From: Chloroflexota bacterium
GTDB lineage: Bacteria; Chloroflexota; Dehalococcoidia; JACQUD01
Direction of reading: 5' to 3'
Length of the DNA: 64,000 nucleotides
NCBI GenBank assembly: GCA_016210485.1
Contig: JACQUD010000049.1
Coordinates: forward strand, 5,066 to 69,065
Shown here in pieces: positions 36,668 through 45,731 of this stretch. The number at the start of each line of letters is the position of its first letter. Position 1 is the first letter of the stretch. The position numbers were made by a program, and so were the translations under genes. The notes beneath the pieces were generated by a model. The model made no database searches. It saw only the letters and a list, made by a program, of their open reading frames with translations, and was not told the origin of the DNA.

Positions 36668-37851
36668 CCTCCACCCTTCCCCCTCGGCAACCCTTTAAGA
36701 CATTCCACCACCTTACCTATCTCCTCCTCAGTGTTGAAAAAGGCGGTGGAGAAGCGCACCCCCGCCGGATAGGCCACCGTGCGGGCCACTGCCTGACACC
36801 TTTGCCACAAGTAGTCCACCACCTCCTTTGGCTCTACCCCCTCTAGCGAGAAGGTAACCAGCCCCGAGGCCAGCCCCTGGCCTCGGGGCGACAGAACTCT
36901 GGCCCCCGGGACTGCGGCCAGCTCCCGGCAGAGGAGAGAGGAAAGGGCCAGCACCCTCTCCCAAACCATCTGCGGCCCAACGAATTGATGGAAGGCTATG
37001 GTGGTGGCCAGCCCCGCCCAAAGGGCAGAGGAGGTGGTGGAAACCTCAAACTTCCGAATCTCGCCCGGGGTTTCCCGCAACGAGCTCTGTCGTTCCACGC
37101 TGGCCACGGACCAGTGGCCCACGTTCACCGCTCGGACCTGGGGGATGAGCTCCTTGCGTATGAATAAGGCCCCTGTGCCGTCAGGGCCCAGGAGCCATTT
37201 GTGGCCGGGCAAGGAGTAGAAATCGCAGTCCAGAGCACGCAAGTCCAGGGGCATTTGCCCGGCCGACTGAGCGCCATCTACCAGCACCGGTATGCCTCGA
37301 CTGTGGGCCAGGGCCTGGATTCGGGCCAGGGGCAATCTCAGGCCATCGGTATACATGATATGGCTGAGGCATATCAGTTGTGTCCGGGGAGAGATGGCTG
37401 CCTCCAGGCGATCCAGAATGGCCCCCTCGTCCTGGACATCCATCAAGTCCACCACCTTCACCTTCACCCGACGCCGCTTCCCCAGGAAGTAGCTCGGCAC
37501 TATCACCGCCGGATGCTCCAGGTCCGTGGTCACCATCTCGTCCCCGGGCCTCCAGGTCAGGCCATTGATGACGATATTGATGCCCTGGGTGGTGTTCTGC
37601 ATCAAAGCTATCTCCTCGGCGCTCACCCCCAAGAGGTCAGCCACGGCCTCTCGGGCCTCTTGCACCGTCTGGTGGCTGGCCTCCAGCACATGGCGAGAGG
37701 TGGGCCCTTCCTGGCTCTCCAGCTCCAGCCACTCTTTTATCCGCTCCACCACCCTGGCGGGGGAGGGGCCGGACCACCCTGTGTTGAGATAGATAACCTT
37801 CTGAGTCGCCGGGATAGCTTTACGAATCTCCACTATGTCCATATCTTTCAT
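36664..37851 (-). CDS. class V aminotransferase-fold PLP enzyme (cysteine desulfurase / epimerase-like)
   Basis: 395 aa. HKWLLGPDGTG PLP-lysine region and fold-type I pattern. Confidence 0.8.
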   Translation of the reverse strand: MKDMDIVEIRKAIPATQKVIYLNTGWSGPSPARVVERIKEWLELESQEGPTSRHVLEASHQTVQEAREAVADLLGVSAEEIALMQNTTQGINIVINGLTWRPGDEMVTTDLEHPAVIVPSYFLGKRRRVKVKVVDLMDVQDEGAILDRLEAAISPRTQLICLSHIMYTDGLRLPLARIQALAHSRGIPVLVDGAQSAGQMPLDLRALDCDFYSLPGHKWLLGPDGTGALFIRKELIPQVRAVNVGHWSVASVERQSSLRETPGEIRKFEVSTTSSALWAGLATTIAFHQFVGPQMVWERVLALSSLLCRELAAVPGARVLSPRGQGLASGLVTFSLEGVEPKEVVDYLWQRCQAVARTVAYPAGVRFSTAFFNTEEEIGKVVECLKGLPRGKGGG

Positions 37852-37858
37852 CGCTCCC

Positions 37859-38569
37859 TCATTCCAGGAAATTCAACCCCAGCACTACTGCCATCCCCAG
37901 GACTAATGTCGCTACTATCCTGTAGTTGAACTCCCTGTGTACCTCGGCTAGCAATGTAGCCCCCACATATATGAAGACGCCGGCCACAAAGGCTATGGCC
38001 CGGGTGAAGAACGCCTCAGGTATGTAACCCGATACAGCCACGCCCAGAGGATATGCGGCTGCGGCGAAGAGAATAATGAGCACCAAGCGGCTAGTCTTAT
38101 AGCCCGCGCTCCTCATGATGTGAGTGGTGGTCATCCCCTGGGGCACCTCATGGACGATAACAGCTAGGGCGATGATCACGCCCACCAGGGGGCTGACCAG
38201 AAAGCTCACCCCGATGCCTATCCCATCAATTATGTTGTCGGAGGCCATGCCCACCACGGTGACCCAGCCCAAGTGCCTCTCATGGTATTCCTTGTCACCT
38301 CCGGTGTGGAGCTCCAGGCCGCTCTCCACCAGATAGAAGAGCACGAAGCCCAGGCCCAGAAACAGATAGTTGTCTCCCACCTTGGCTTCAGGCAACAGTT
38401 CGAAAAAGGCGGCGGCGAGCACAGTGCCCGCGGCAAAGCTCAGAATGAAGCGCATGTTGATGTTCTGCGTCTTGGGCAGGAAAGGCAACAAGCCGCCTAT
38501 GATGTCCCCCATGGCTGCCAGAGATGCTAGCAGATAAACCATTACTTCATCCCTCTGAACAAATAGCAA
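37859..38569 (-). CDS. ZIP family metal (zinc) transporter
   Basis: HEVPQG motif with ~8 TM helices; 236 aa. Confidence 0.85.
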   Translation of the reverse strand: MLFVQRDEVMVYLLASLAAMGDIIGGLLPFLPKTQNINMRFILSFAAGTVLAAAFFELLPEAKVGDNYLFLGLGFVLFYLVESGLELHTGGDKEYHERHLGWVTVVGMASDNIIDGIGIGVSFLVSPLVGVIIALAVIVHEVPQGMTTTHIMRSAGYKTSRLVLIILFAAAAYPLGVAVSGYIPEAFFTRAIAFVAGVFIYVGATLLAEVHREFNYRIVATLVLGMAVVLGLNFLE

Positions 38570-38770
38570 GTGGGCGGGATCTATTTTAATGCCCCTTCAA
38601 AAGAGTATACCGCAGCCAACAACCATCGTGCTGGCGAAGTGAGACCTTTGTCGCAGACGGCAATGCCGCCAGGTGTTAACCTTATTCTGTGAGGAGGCAA
38701 AGACCTCCGCCGCCAGATCCAAATCTTGAACCAGCCCGCTTGAGTTCCAAGAAGTAGGAGGTAAAAGAAT

Positions 38771-39010
38771 ATGAACAAGACAGTAGCTCTGGATGTGAGG
38801 CCCATGCCCCCGTGGGAGCGTCACCCCAAGATATTCGAGCTCTTCGATGGCCTGGAGCCGGGGGATGCCCTGGTCCTGACCAATGACCACGACCCTCGAC
38901 CTCTGCGCTACCAGTTCATGATGGAGCGGGAGGGCCAGTTCGAGTGGGACTCCCAGGAGAAGGGACCGCGAGAGTGGGTTGCCACCATAAAGAGAGTGAA
39001 GAAGCCATAG
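38771..39010 (+). CDS. DUF2249-family small protein
   Basis: LDVRPMPPWERHPKIFELFDGLEPGDALVLTNDHDPRPL is the DUF2249 signature as I recall it. Confidence 0.7.
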   Translation: MNKTVALDVRPMPPWERHPKIFELFDGLEPGDALVLTNDHDPRPLRYQFMMEREGQFEWDSQEKGPREWVATIKRVKKP

Positions 39011-39480
39011 CCACCGGCGGCTCTTCGGCCCTAGAGGCTTTTCGGGCAGCCCATCGCCGGGGATTAGCTCAGATAGCTAGGCTGGAGGCAGCAGCTTTTT
39101 CCCTGGCCTCCGGTCAAGATATTGAACTTCGGTCCACCTTTGGCTTCTTCCATGAAGAGCTGGAGCTTCACTTTCGGGAGGAGGAGCAGGCCCTCTTCCC
39201 GGCCCTAGCCCAGCACATAGGGTGGGAGGGGCCGCTGCGGGCTATGATGGAGGAGCATCGCTCCTTCTGGAAGGCTGTTGATGCCCTGGAGGAGGCCTCT
39301 CAAGACCTGATCCATATTCAGCAAGCTACAAATATAGCTCGCCACATCGTTTGGCTGCTCCGGAGCCATATCCAGAAGGAGGAGACCATGCTCCTGCCTC
39401 TGGCCGAGAAGCTGCTCGGCCCCGAGGCCCTGGCCCAGGTGGCCCGAGATATGTTGACTTTGGGAAAAGGTGTATCATAA
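38974..39480 (+). CDS. hemerythrin HHE cation-binding domain protein (start uncertain)
   Basis: H...HFREEEQALFP...EEH...HIQKEETMLLP. The only candidate starts are the GTGs at 38974 or 38944, both overlapping the DUF2249 3' end. Confidence 0.7.
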   Translation: MGCHHKESEEAIATGGSSALEAFRAAHRRGLAQIARLEAAAFSLASGQDIELRSTFGFFHEELELHFREEEQALFPALAQHIGWEGPLRAMMEEHRSFWKAVDALEEASQDLIHIQQATNIARHIVWLLRSHIQKEETMLLPLAEKLLGPEALAQVARDMLTLGKGVS

Positions 39481-39490
39481 GGGGATAGAT

Positions 39491-39682
39491 ATGGAGAACG
39501 TGAAACAGCCTGGAAAGTGGGCCCCCGAGGTCATCCAAGCCTTCCCCGAAGGTTGCAAGTGGTTCCAACGGGGAGATACCCAGGCTCTGTCCGAGGTAGA
39601 GGGACGTTCCCGTCGTCTTCAAGAGCGTGGAGTCTCCCCCTGTGAGGAATGCCCCCTCTGCCCCCAGGGCCACAGCCACTAG
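39491..39682 (+). CDS. candidate 63-aa Cys-rich small protein
   Basis: The ATG at 39491 is preceded by AAGGGG. Third positions are GC-rich. The C-terminus is CEECPLCPQGHSH. An antisense ORF (39326-39820) competes for the same DNA. Confidence 0.3.
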   Translation: MENVKQPGKWAPEVIQAFPEGCKWFQRGDTQALSEVEGRSRRLQERGVSPCEECPLCPQGHSH

Positions 39683-39878
39683 ACCTCGGCCAAATATCTT
39701 ATCTTCCCACCTTCTCGCCCAAGTTACTTCGGGCCAATTTATCGGCCCGAAACCCCCGAAGGTTATAGGAGCGAAGCCACCATAGATAGACAGATGAGAA
39801 GAAAAAGCGTCAGTAAACATCTCTGGCCCCCCAGCTTGAAAATCCGCCCCAGGTGGGGCACAATAACCCTTGGTTAAT

Positions 39879-39953
39879 GGGCCGTTAGCTCAGAGGAAGA
39901 GCTCCGGACTTTTAATCCGGGAGTCCTGGGTTCGAATCCCAGACGGCTCACCA
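39879..39953 (+). tRNA. tRNA-Lys (anticodon UUU)
   Basis: Acceptor GGGCCGT/ACGGCTC. D arm AGCTCAGAGGAAGAGCT. Anticodon loop CTTTTAA. T arm CTGGGTTCGAATCCCAG. Encoded CCA. Confidence 0.9.
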
Positions 39954-40033
39954 GCGCATAGGCGGCAAGTCGTTATCCATTTTCCGAGTATTTTACCGCG
40001 ATCATCGAAGGGCTCATAGCTGAGAAATTCGTT

Positions 40034-41347
40034 TTGATTACGTGGATAAAGTTCCCCAAAATATTCTTCGGCTGGTGGACAGTTTTAGCCGGCACTTGGC
40101 TGAACTTTTGGGGGTCCGCCTATACCGTTTACGGATTTTCGGCACTATTCAAGCCGCTATCTTCGGAATTAGGCTTTAGCCGAGCTGCAACTTCGGTTGC
40201 CTCGGGAATTAGTCGGTTTGAGAGTGGGTTTTTGTCTCCTTTGGTAGGGTGGCTGGTTGATAAGTTTGGGCCGAAATGGGTCATCCTTTTCGGGGTTTAT
40301 CTCTTTAGCCTCGCCTTAATTCTAATGTACTTTGTCAATTCGCTCTGGACTTTTTATCTGGTCTGGGGACTTATATTGGGCACCGGACAGAATTTTTCAG
40401 CACACATACCGATAGACAAGGCGATAACCAACTGGTTCGTAAGAAAGAGAGGGCTAGCTTTAGGCATTAGATGGATAGCTTCTGGGGTGATAATATTACC
40501 CATTCTTACCTGGCTTATTACCAACTTGGGCTGGCGAACAACTTGCCTCATCGGTGGGATAGTAGCCGTAGTTGTTGGGACACCCATTGTCTTCTTCTCC
40601 ATAAGACAACACCGACCAGAATACTACGGATTACTCCCTGATGGCGCCACTGCGAAGGACGAGACTGCTGTAGAAACCAGTCAAATGATAGACAAGGGAA
40701 TAAAGTATGCCGCTGAGGTTGAAGAGATAGAGTTTGACGCAAGACAAGCACTGAGAACACCAGCCTTCTGGTTACTAACGATTGTCTCTGCTAGTCAGGC
40801 GGTGGCTACGGGGACTTTCTTTGTACACGCTATTCCCTTTCTTACCGATATGAACATTGAGCCTGTTAAAGCGGCAACTATTGTAACAATTGCTGGTTTG
40901 TTTGGCATCGCAGCTAGACTCATCGGTGGTATTACTGCTGACCGTCTCCGCAAAGGCCAACTTCGTTTTCTATTTATAGCAGCGCTTCTACTACAGGCTA
41001 CTGGATTTACTATCATCGTGCTAAGGCAAACTAGCACCATGGCCTATCCTTTCCTTATCTTCAGTTACGCCGGTTTTGGGCTAATTATGGTTCTAACGCC
41101 TATGATAGGCGGACGCTACTTTGGGCGCAAGGCTTTCGGGTCCATCCGAGGCTTAATGGTAACGTTCGCCATGCCATCAGCTATCGCAGGCCCCATCTAC
41201 GCTGGCTGGATATATGACACTACCGACAGCTACTCAATTGCCTTTATCACAGCGATAGCGATATCAGCCTTTGCCGCAGTTCTTATGTTCTTGGCTCGAC
41301 CTCCCAAACCACCAGCCAAAATCACCGACATCCGCCTGATCGCCTGA
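40034..41347 (+). CDS. MFS transporter (oxalate/formate antiporter-like)
   Basis: 12-TM profile, 437 aa. Clearly more AT-rich than the window average by eye. TTG start in the track. Confidence 0.8.
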   Translation: MITWIKFPKIFFGWWTVLAGTWLNFWGSAYTVYGFSALFKPLSSELGFSRAATSVASGISRFESGFLSPLVGWLVDKFGPKWVILFGVYLFSLALILMYFVNSLWTFYLVWGLILGTGQNFSAHIPIDKAITNWFVRKRGLALGIRWIASGVIILPILTWLITNLGWRTTCLIGGIVAVVVGTPIVFFSIRQHRPEYYGLLPDGATAKDETAVETSQMIDKGIKYAAEVEEIEFDARQALRTPAFWLLTIVSASQAVATGTFFVHAIPFLTDMNIEPVKAATIVTIAGLFGIAARLIGGITADRLRKGQLRFLFIAALLLQATGFTIIVLRQTSTMAYPFLIFSYAGFGLIMVLTPMIGGRYFGRKAFGSIRGLMVTFAMPSAIAGPIYAGWIYDTTDSYSIAFITAIAISAFAAVLMFLARPPKPPAKITDIRLIA

Positions 41348-41350
41348 AAC

Positions 41351-41392
41351 ATGCACCGCTTCTTCATCCCGGTAGAATGGCTTGAGGGGGAG
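41351..41392 (+). pseudogene. orphan 5' fragment of an rsmE gene
   Basis: ATG CAC CGC TTC TTC ATC CCG GTA GAA TGG CTT GAG encodes MHRFFIPVEWLE, matching the start of the intact rsmE at 45732 (NRFFVPVEWLQ). Similarity ends near 41390. Confidence 0.6.
41355..41388 (+). repeat. left copy of an imperfect direct repeat (rsmE 5' end)
   Basis: 32 of 34 nt are identical to 45736-45769, at an offset of 4381 bp (hand alignment). Confidence 0.8.
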
Positions 41393-41436
41393 GCTTCTTC
41401 AAGGGCTTCCAACCGATTCGCCCCACGGCTGAGAAC

Positions 41437-42603
41437 CTAGCTCGTCTCCTGCCGGCTCAGGGTGCTAGTGACCCCCCGCATGGACAGAGAAAAAGCCAGG
41501 CTGGCCAACACCAGGCCAACGCCAACTATCCCAAAGGCAGCCCTGTACTGGTAGGCGCTGATCAGCAGCCCGCCCACCATAGGCCCCGTGGAGTGGCCGA
41601 TGTCCATGATGCTGGAGAGCACTCCCAGGGCGCTGCCATGGCTGGAGGCCCGGGATAGGTCGGCCACCAGCGCCGACGTGGACGCCGTGACCGTGGCCAG
41701 ACCCAGTCCAAATAGCCCTATGAGCACCATCAATATCAGGTAGTTGCTGCTCATAGTTATCACCGCCATAGCTATTCCCCCCAGCGCCAGCCCCGCCACT
41801 ATCATCAGCACTCGGCCGTAGCGGTCAGACAGGCGCCCCATCACTGGCTTGGTCAGCGCAGCCACCAGTATCTGCGTGGTAAAAAGGAAGCCAATCGCCA
41901 GGGGCGAGAAGCTGGCTTGCTCGTGTAAATAGATGGGGAGAAACACCTCCAGACAACCGAAGGCGAAGTACTGCACTGCCTCAATGAGGCTGGTGGACAG
42001 AATGCCCCGATGGGTCAGGATGGTAACGAGCTCCCGGCGCAACTCGTTTCCGCTGGGTCGCAGGGCTGACGTTATCGAGCTGGAATGAGCGATGGCCAAT
42101 GGCAATCTGAGGGCAGCCACCAGGGCTAGGATTCCGGCGAAGCCAGTAGCCAGGAATACCCAGCGAAAGTCATCGCCGAAGATCAAAGCCCCGCCAACAA
42201 AGGGTGCCGTGAAGCGCCCCACCATAGTGGCAGAGGAATACCAGCCCATCCGCTCGCCGCGACCTTTGTCGAAGGCGTCGGCGACAGCGGCCATAGCTAC
42301 CGGCCCCAGGATGGCTGTGGCCAGTCCGTGATAGACGCGCACCATGACCAGTTGCCAGGGGGCGCTCACTAGCAGATAGAGGAAAGGGGCGGTAGCGAAA
42401 ACCGTGGCCGCCACTATTATCACCCGCCGCCGGCCGATGACGTCTGAGAGGACTCCGGCGGGCAGGCTGACCACGATGCCGACCACAGTGGAGGCGGCGG
42501 CGATGAAGCCCACGGTGGCCACCGGCACGTCCAGGGATCGGATGAACAGGGGCAGGGTGGGATTCTTGGACATGGTGGAGCTGAAGATGGCCAGCCCGCC
42601 CAT
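41437..42603 (-). CDS. MFS transporter (N-terminus possibly longer than the ATG-defined ORF)
   Basis: 388 aa, ~11-12 TM. The in-frame upstream sequence RPRLSPFLLLCI looks like the start of TM1 but has no ATG/GTG/TTG, only a CTG at 42630. Confidence 0.7.
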   Translation of the reverse strand: MGGLAIFSSTMSKNPTLPLFIRSLDVPVATVGFIAAASTVVGIVVSLPAGVLSDVIGRRRVIIVAATVFATAPFLYLLVSAPWQLVMVRVYHGLATAILGPVAMAAVADAFDKGRGERMGWYSSATMVGRFTAPFVGGALIFGDDFRWVFLATGFAGILALVAALRLPLAIAHSSSITSALRPSGNELRRELVTILTHRGILSTSLIEAVQYFAFGCLEVFLPIYLHEQASFSPLAIGFLFTTQILVAALTKPVMGRLSDRYGRVLMIVAGLALGGIAMAVITMSSNYLILMVLIGLFGLGLATVTASTSALVADLSRASSHGSALGVLSSIMDIGHSTGPMVGGLLISAYQYRAAFGIVGVGLVLASLAFSLSMRGVTSTLSRQETS

Positions 42604-42679
42604 GATACACAGGAGCAGAAACGGCGACAGCCGCGGTCTCGTTTGAGTTTCCCTCCCTGGATGGTGGGAGCCTATGGCC

Positions 42680-43021
42680 TCACCACTTGCCCATCTCTTT
42701 CAGCACCTCCACCACCCTCCAGGTCTCGGCGCTGACTGTCGTGCCGCCCATGACAACAGCCACCGACACCGCTTCCAGGACCTCATCCTTGGTGGCACCT
42801 GCCTCTACGGCATCCTTGGTCTGGCCTATGGTGCATCGGATGCACCCTGATTGGAGACCCAGCGCCAAGGCGATCAATCGCTTGGTCTTATGGCTGAGCG
42901 CTCCGTCCCTGTACACCTCTTTTCGGAAGGATGAGTAAGCTGACATCGCCTTGGGCAGACCCTGGTCGAACTCGTCCCGAGACTTAGCGGTCTCATTGTA
43001 GTATCCGAGCTGGCTTTCCAT
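42680..43021 (-). CDS. carboxymuconolactone decarboxylase (AhpD-like) family protein
   Basis: 113 aa. CIRC (CxxC) within the typical ALALGLQSGCIRC helix. Confidence 0.8.
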   Translation of the reverse strand: MESQLGYYNETAKSRDEFDQGLPKAMSAYSSFRKEVYRDGALSHKTKRLIALALGLQSGCIRCTIGQTKDAVEAGATKDEVLEAVSVAVVMGGTTVSAETWRVVEVLKEMGKW

Positions 43022-43056
43022 GTATTGTCACCTCCTCATCGGTGATTCAAAAAAAT

Positions 43057-43635
43057 CTAAGCACCCTTTTCCTTTCGGGCAAGGCTTGACGGGCCATTTC
43101 CGAGCACCTTCCCTTCTTGAAGCTTCTGATATGTTTCTTGAACAAATTCGGCCAAGGCCAGTTCAACATCCGCTATTGCCTTTTCCACTTCATTCATCGC
43201 AGGAGCACCCCAAAAATCGCGTTCTTTCGCCTGAGAGAACCAGCGGCGTATCTTCTCCGCGTCGCCCTCCAGCTCCTCCACCTCTTCATAAGTGAACTGC
43301 TGCTCTTGGCTCTCCCTCGCTATGTGTTGTGAAGCTTTGCGGCACTCCTTCATAATCTCAGCGTACTCTTGTCCCCGGCTCGCCTGGAATTCAGCTATAG
43401 CCCTTTGCTCTTGCGCTTCAGAGAAGTGCGTTGCTATGTATAAATTACCCTTGCCTCCCATCTCCTCCACGCTCCGAGTGATTTCATCCAGTTGTTTTGT
43501 CAGCGGGTCAGTCTTGGGCAAGAGCCAGCCTCCTTCCCCAGAGAGTGCCCCCAGCTTCTTCAGCCGTCGCCACAGGAAGACCCTCTTGCGAGAAGGCTCC
43601 GGGGGTAGCCAGTAGGTGAAAAGCAGCCACTCCAT
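43057..43635 (-). CDS. ChrB N-terminal-domain-only protein
   Basis: From the ATG at 43635: MEWLLFTYWLPPEPSRKRVFLWRRLKKLGAL...GGWLLP matches the ChrB_N signature as I recall it. Lacks the C-terminal Chrome_Resist domain. Confidence 0.65.
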   Translation of the reverse strand: MEWLLFTYWLPPEPSRKRVFLWRRLKKLGALSGEGGWLLPKTDPLTKQLDEITRSVEEMGGKGNLYIATHFSEAQEQRAIAEFQASRGQEYAEIMKECRKASQHIARESQEQQFTYEEVEELEGDAEKIRRWFSQAKERDFWGAPAMNEVEKAIADVELALAEFVQETYQKLQEGKVLGNGPSSLARKEKGA

Positions 43636-43652
43636 CTCGTCCAGCGAACCTC

Positions 43653-43681
43653 TTGACAGACATTTTAGCAAAAAGTATACT
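43653..43681 (+). promoter_or_regulatory. near-consensus sigma70 promoter reading toward the MFS gene at 43745
   Basis: TTGACA (43653-43658), 17 nt spacer, TATACT (43676-43681). Confidence 0.55.
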
Positions 43682-43689
43682 CTTGTCAA
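43662..43689 (-). promoter_or_regulatory. near-consensus sigma70 promoter reading toward the chrB_N-like gene, interdigitated with the plus-strand promoter
   Basis: Read on the minus strand: TTGACA (43689-43684), 16 nt spacer, TAAAAT (43667-43662). The ATG at 43635 lies about 20 nt past the predicted start. Confidence 0.5.
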
Positions 43690-43744
43690 GTAACAGTCGT
43701 TACATTCTAATAGGGGGTGAAGGCCAGGGTAGGGCGGAGAGGTA

Positions 43745-45055
43745 ATGAAAAGGGACAGGTCGGGATCGTTCTCTTGGGTGAGCCGGGACGGCAAGATCAT
43801 CATCGCGGCCCGAGGGGTGCGCACCTTCGGGCAAGGCTTCATCGCCATTATCCTGGCGGTCTATCTAGCCAAGCTGGGATTCAGCCTGGCCCAGATAGGA
43901 GCCTTCATTAGCGTCGGGGTTGCCGGCTCAGCCTTCTGGGTCTTCCTGGAAAGCTTCGTGGCTACGAGGGTCGGACGGCGGCGCCTCCTTGTCGTATTCA
44001 CTTTCATGACCGCCGGCGCCGCCCTGGGGCTGGTGGCAACCAACAGTTTCGTCCTTCTGCTGGTTTTCTCCTTCCTGGGAAGCCTGAGCAGCGGAGCTAT
44101 GGCTACCGGGCCAGCGCAGCCGCTGGAGATGGCCAGCTTGGCCGATGCAGCGTCACCTGCCCGCCGGACGAACCTGTTCGCCACATACCGCATCGTCGCA
44201 ACCGGAGCCGGCGCGGTGGGTGCCCTGGCGGCGGGGCTTCCGGTGCTCTACCAGAGAGCGTTTGGCTTGAGCGAAGTGAGCGCCTACAAGGTCATGTTCC
44301 TGGGCTTCGTATTGTGTTTGCTCCTAGTGGTCCTCCTGTATGCTCTGCTGTCTCCGGCGGTGGAGGCTGGAGCCAAGCAGGAAGGTCTGACAAACCCCTT
44401 CCGGCTTCCCTCGCGCCGTGTCATTTTCACCCTGGCCGGTCTGTTCAGCGTGGACGCTCTGGCGGGTACTCTGGTTCCCCAGACCTTGGCGGCCTACTGG
44501 TTCAATACTAAGTTCGGCCTTCAACTGAGCTCTTTGGCCCCAATCTTCTTCTTCTCTCAGGTTCTCGCAGCTACTTCCCTATGGGCAGCGGCAAGAATCG
44601 CGGCTCGCATCGGCCTGATTAACACCATAGTGTTCACGCACATCCCCTCCAGCCTGTTCCTCATCGCTGCCGCCTTCGCGCCCACGGCGTGGATGGCGGT
44701 CATGTTCTGGCAGCTCCGCGCTTTCTTTGGGCAGATGGACGTGCCAACGCGCGATTCCTATACCATGGCCATTGTGCGCCCTGAAGAGCGGGTAGCCATG
44801 GCCAGCATCCATACCGTCGGGCGCAGTGTGGCTGGGACAGTAGGCCCTTCCGCGGGCACGGCGCTGTGGCAAGCCATATCGGCGAGCGCCCCGTTCGTGG
44901 CTTGCGCGGCAATAAAGATTGCCTACGACCTTTCGCTGTACTTCATGTTCCGTAAGGTGAGGACGCCCGAGGAGGAAGAGAGGGCCAGAAGCCGCTCTGC
45001 CATCGAAAGCAGGGAGCCGGCGCCAGGACAAGCACCGGAGGTGAGTATGAGATAA
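43745..45055 (+). CDS. MFS transporter
   Basis: 436 aa, 12-TM profile. GGAGAGG lies upstream of the ATG. Confidence 0.8.
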   Translation: MKRDRSGSFSWVSRDGKIIIAARGVRTFGQGFIAIILAVYLAKLGFSLAQIGAFISVGVAGSAFWVFLESFVATRVGRRRLLVVFTFMTAGAALGLVATNSFVLLLVFSFLGSLSSGAMATGPAQPLEMASLADAASPARRTNLFATYRIVATGAGAVGALAAGLPVLYQRAFGLSEVSAYKVMFLGFVLCLLLVVLLYALLSPAVEAGAKQEGLTNPFRLPSRRVIFTLAGLFSVDALAGTLVPQTLAAYWFNTKFGLQLSSLAPIFFFSQVLAATSLWAAARIAARIGLINTIVFTHIPSSLFLIAAAFAPTAWMAVMFWQLRAFFGQMDVPTRDSYTMAIVRPEERVAMASIHTVGRSVAGTVGPSAGTALWQAISASAPFVACAAIKIAYDLSLYFMFRKVRTPEEEERARSRSAIESREPAPGQAPEVSMR

Positions 45056-45113
45056 GGTAAGCTCTTCAGCTGGGGCCAGCGTTATTCCAAGCTAGAGAGA
45101 AGGAGGCAACACT

Positions 45114-45551
45114 ATGAAATGGGTTACTCGTTCCCACGTTCACGTGGATCGCGTCGCCTGTCCCTGGCTCATCAGTAGGTTTATCGATAACGAGGCGGAA
45201 TTTCTTTTTGTGCCGAACAACGAGGTGATAAATGTTGCTCAGAGGGCAGATGCTATTCCCTTCGATGCCAGGGGGCAGGTGGAGCTGGACCATCACGAAG
45301 GCCGCTGCTCCTTCGAGTCCATCATGCTCAAATACGACTTGAAGGACCCCGCCCTGGTGCGTCTGTCCCAGGCCATTCACGCCGCAGACACAGCCTCCGA
45401 CATCGACAAGGACCCATTAGGGCGAGGGCTGGAGGCGATTGCCGTTGGTTACAGCCTGCGCTATCCTGATGACGAGGAGAATCTGGCGAACCAGTTTCAG
45501 GTGTATGATGCGTTATATGCCTGGTGCCGCCTCCAGGTGGCCAAGGGGTAA
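45114..45551 (+). CDS. ChrB C-terminal (Chrome_Resist) domain-only protein
   Basis: KWVTRSHVHVDRVACPWLISRFIDNEAEFLFVP matches the Chrome_Resist domain start as I recall it. 145 aa; GAAGGAGG RBS. Confidence 0.7.
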   Translation: MKWVTRSHVHVDRVACPWLISRFIDNEAEFLFVPNNEVINVAQRADAIPFDARGQVELDHHEGRCSFESIMLKYDLKDPALVRLSQAIHAADTASDIDKDPLGRGLEAIAVGYSLRYPDDEENLANQFQVYDALYAWCRLQVAKG

Positions 45552-45731
45552 TAAGTTCCAGCAATCCCGGCTGCGAAAGGCAGCCAATAATAGGGCGACC
45601 TGGGTATGAGCTATCGAGGCGATGACGACCTCGGCTGAAGAAAAGGTGATGGCCGGGCTTGAGATCCTGCACCATGACCAGCCCTTCCGCAGCCTAATGC
45701 TGAAGGAGGTGTTGGCGCTGGGGAAGCCTCT

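Noticed and set aside
39954-41350. A genomic island integrated at tRNA-Lys, given the AT-rich MFS gene right after the tRNA.
   Set aside because: No direct repeat of the tRNA-Lys 3' end was found downstream (only a weak ACGGCT match near 41425), and no integrase is present. The compositional oddity is noted, but the island call is unsupported.
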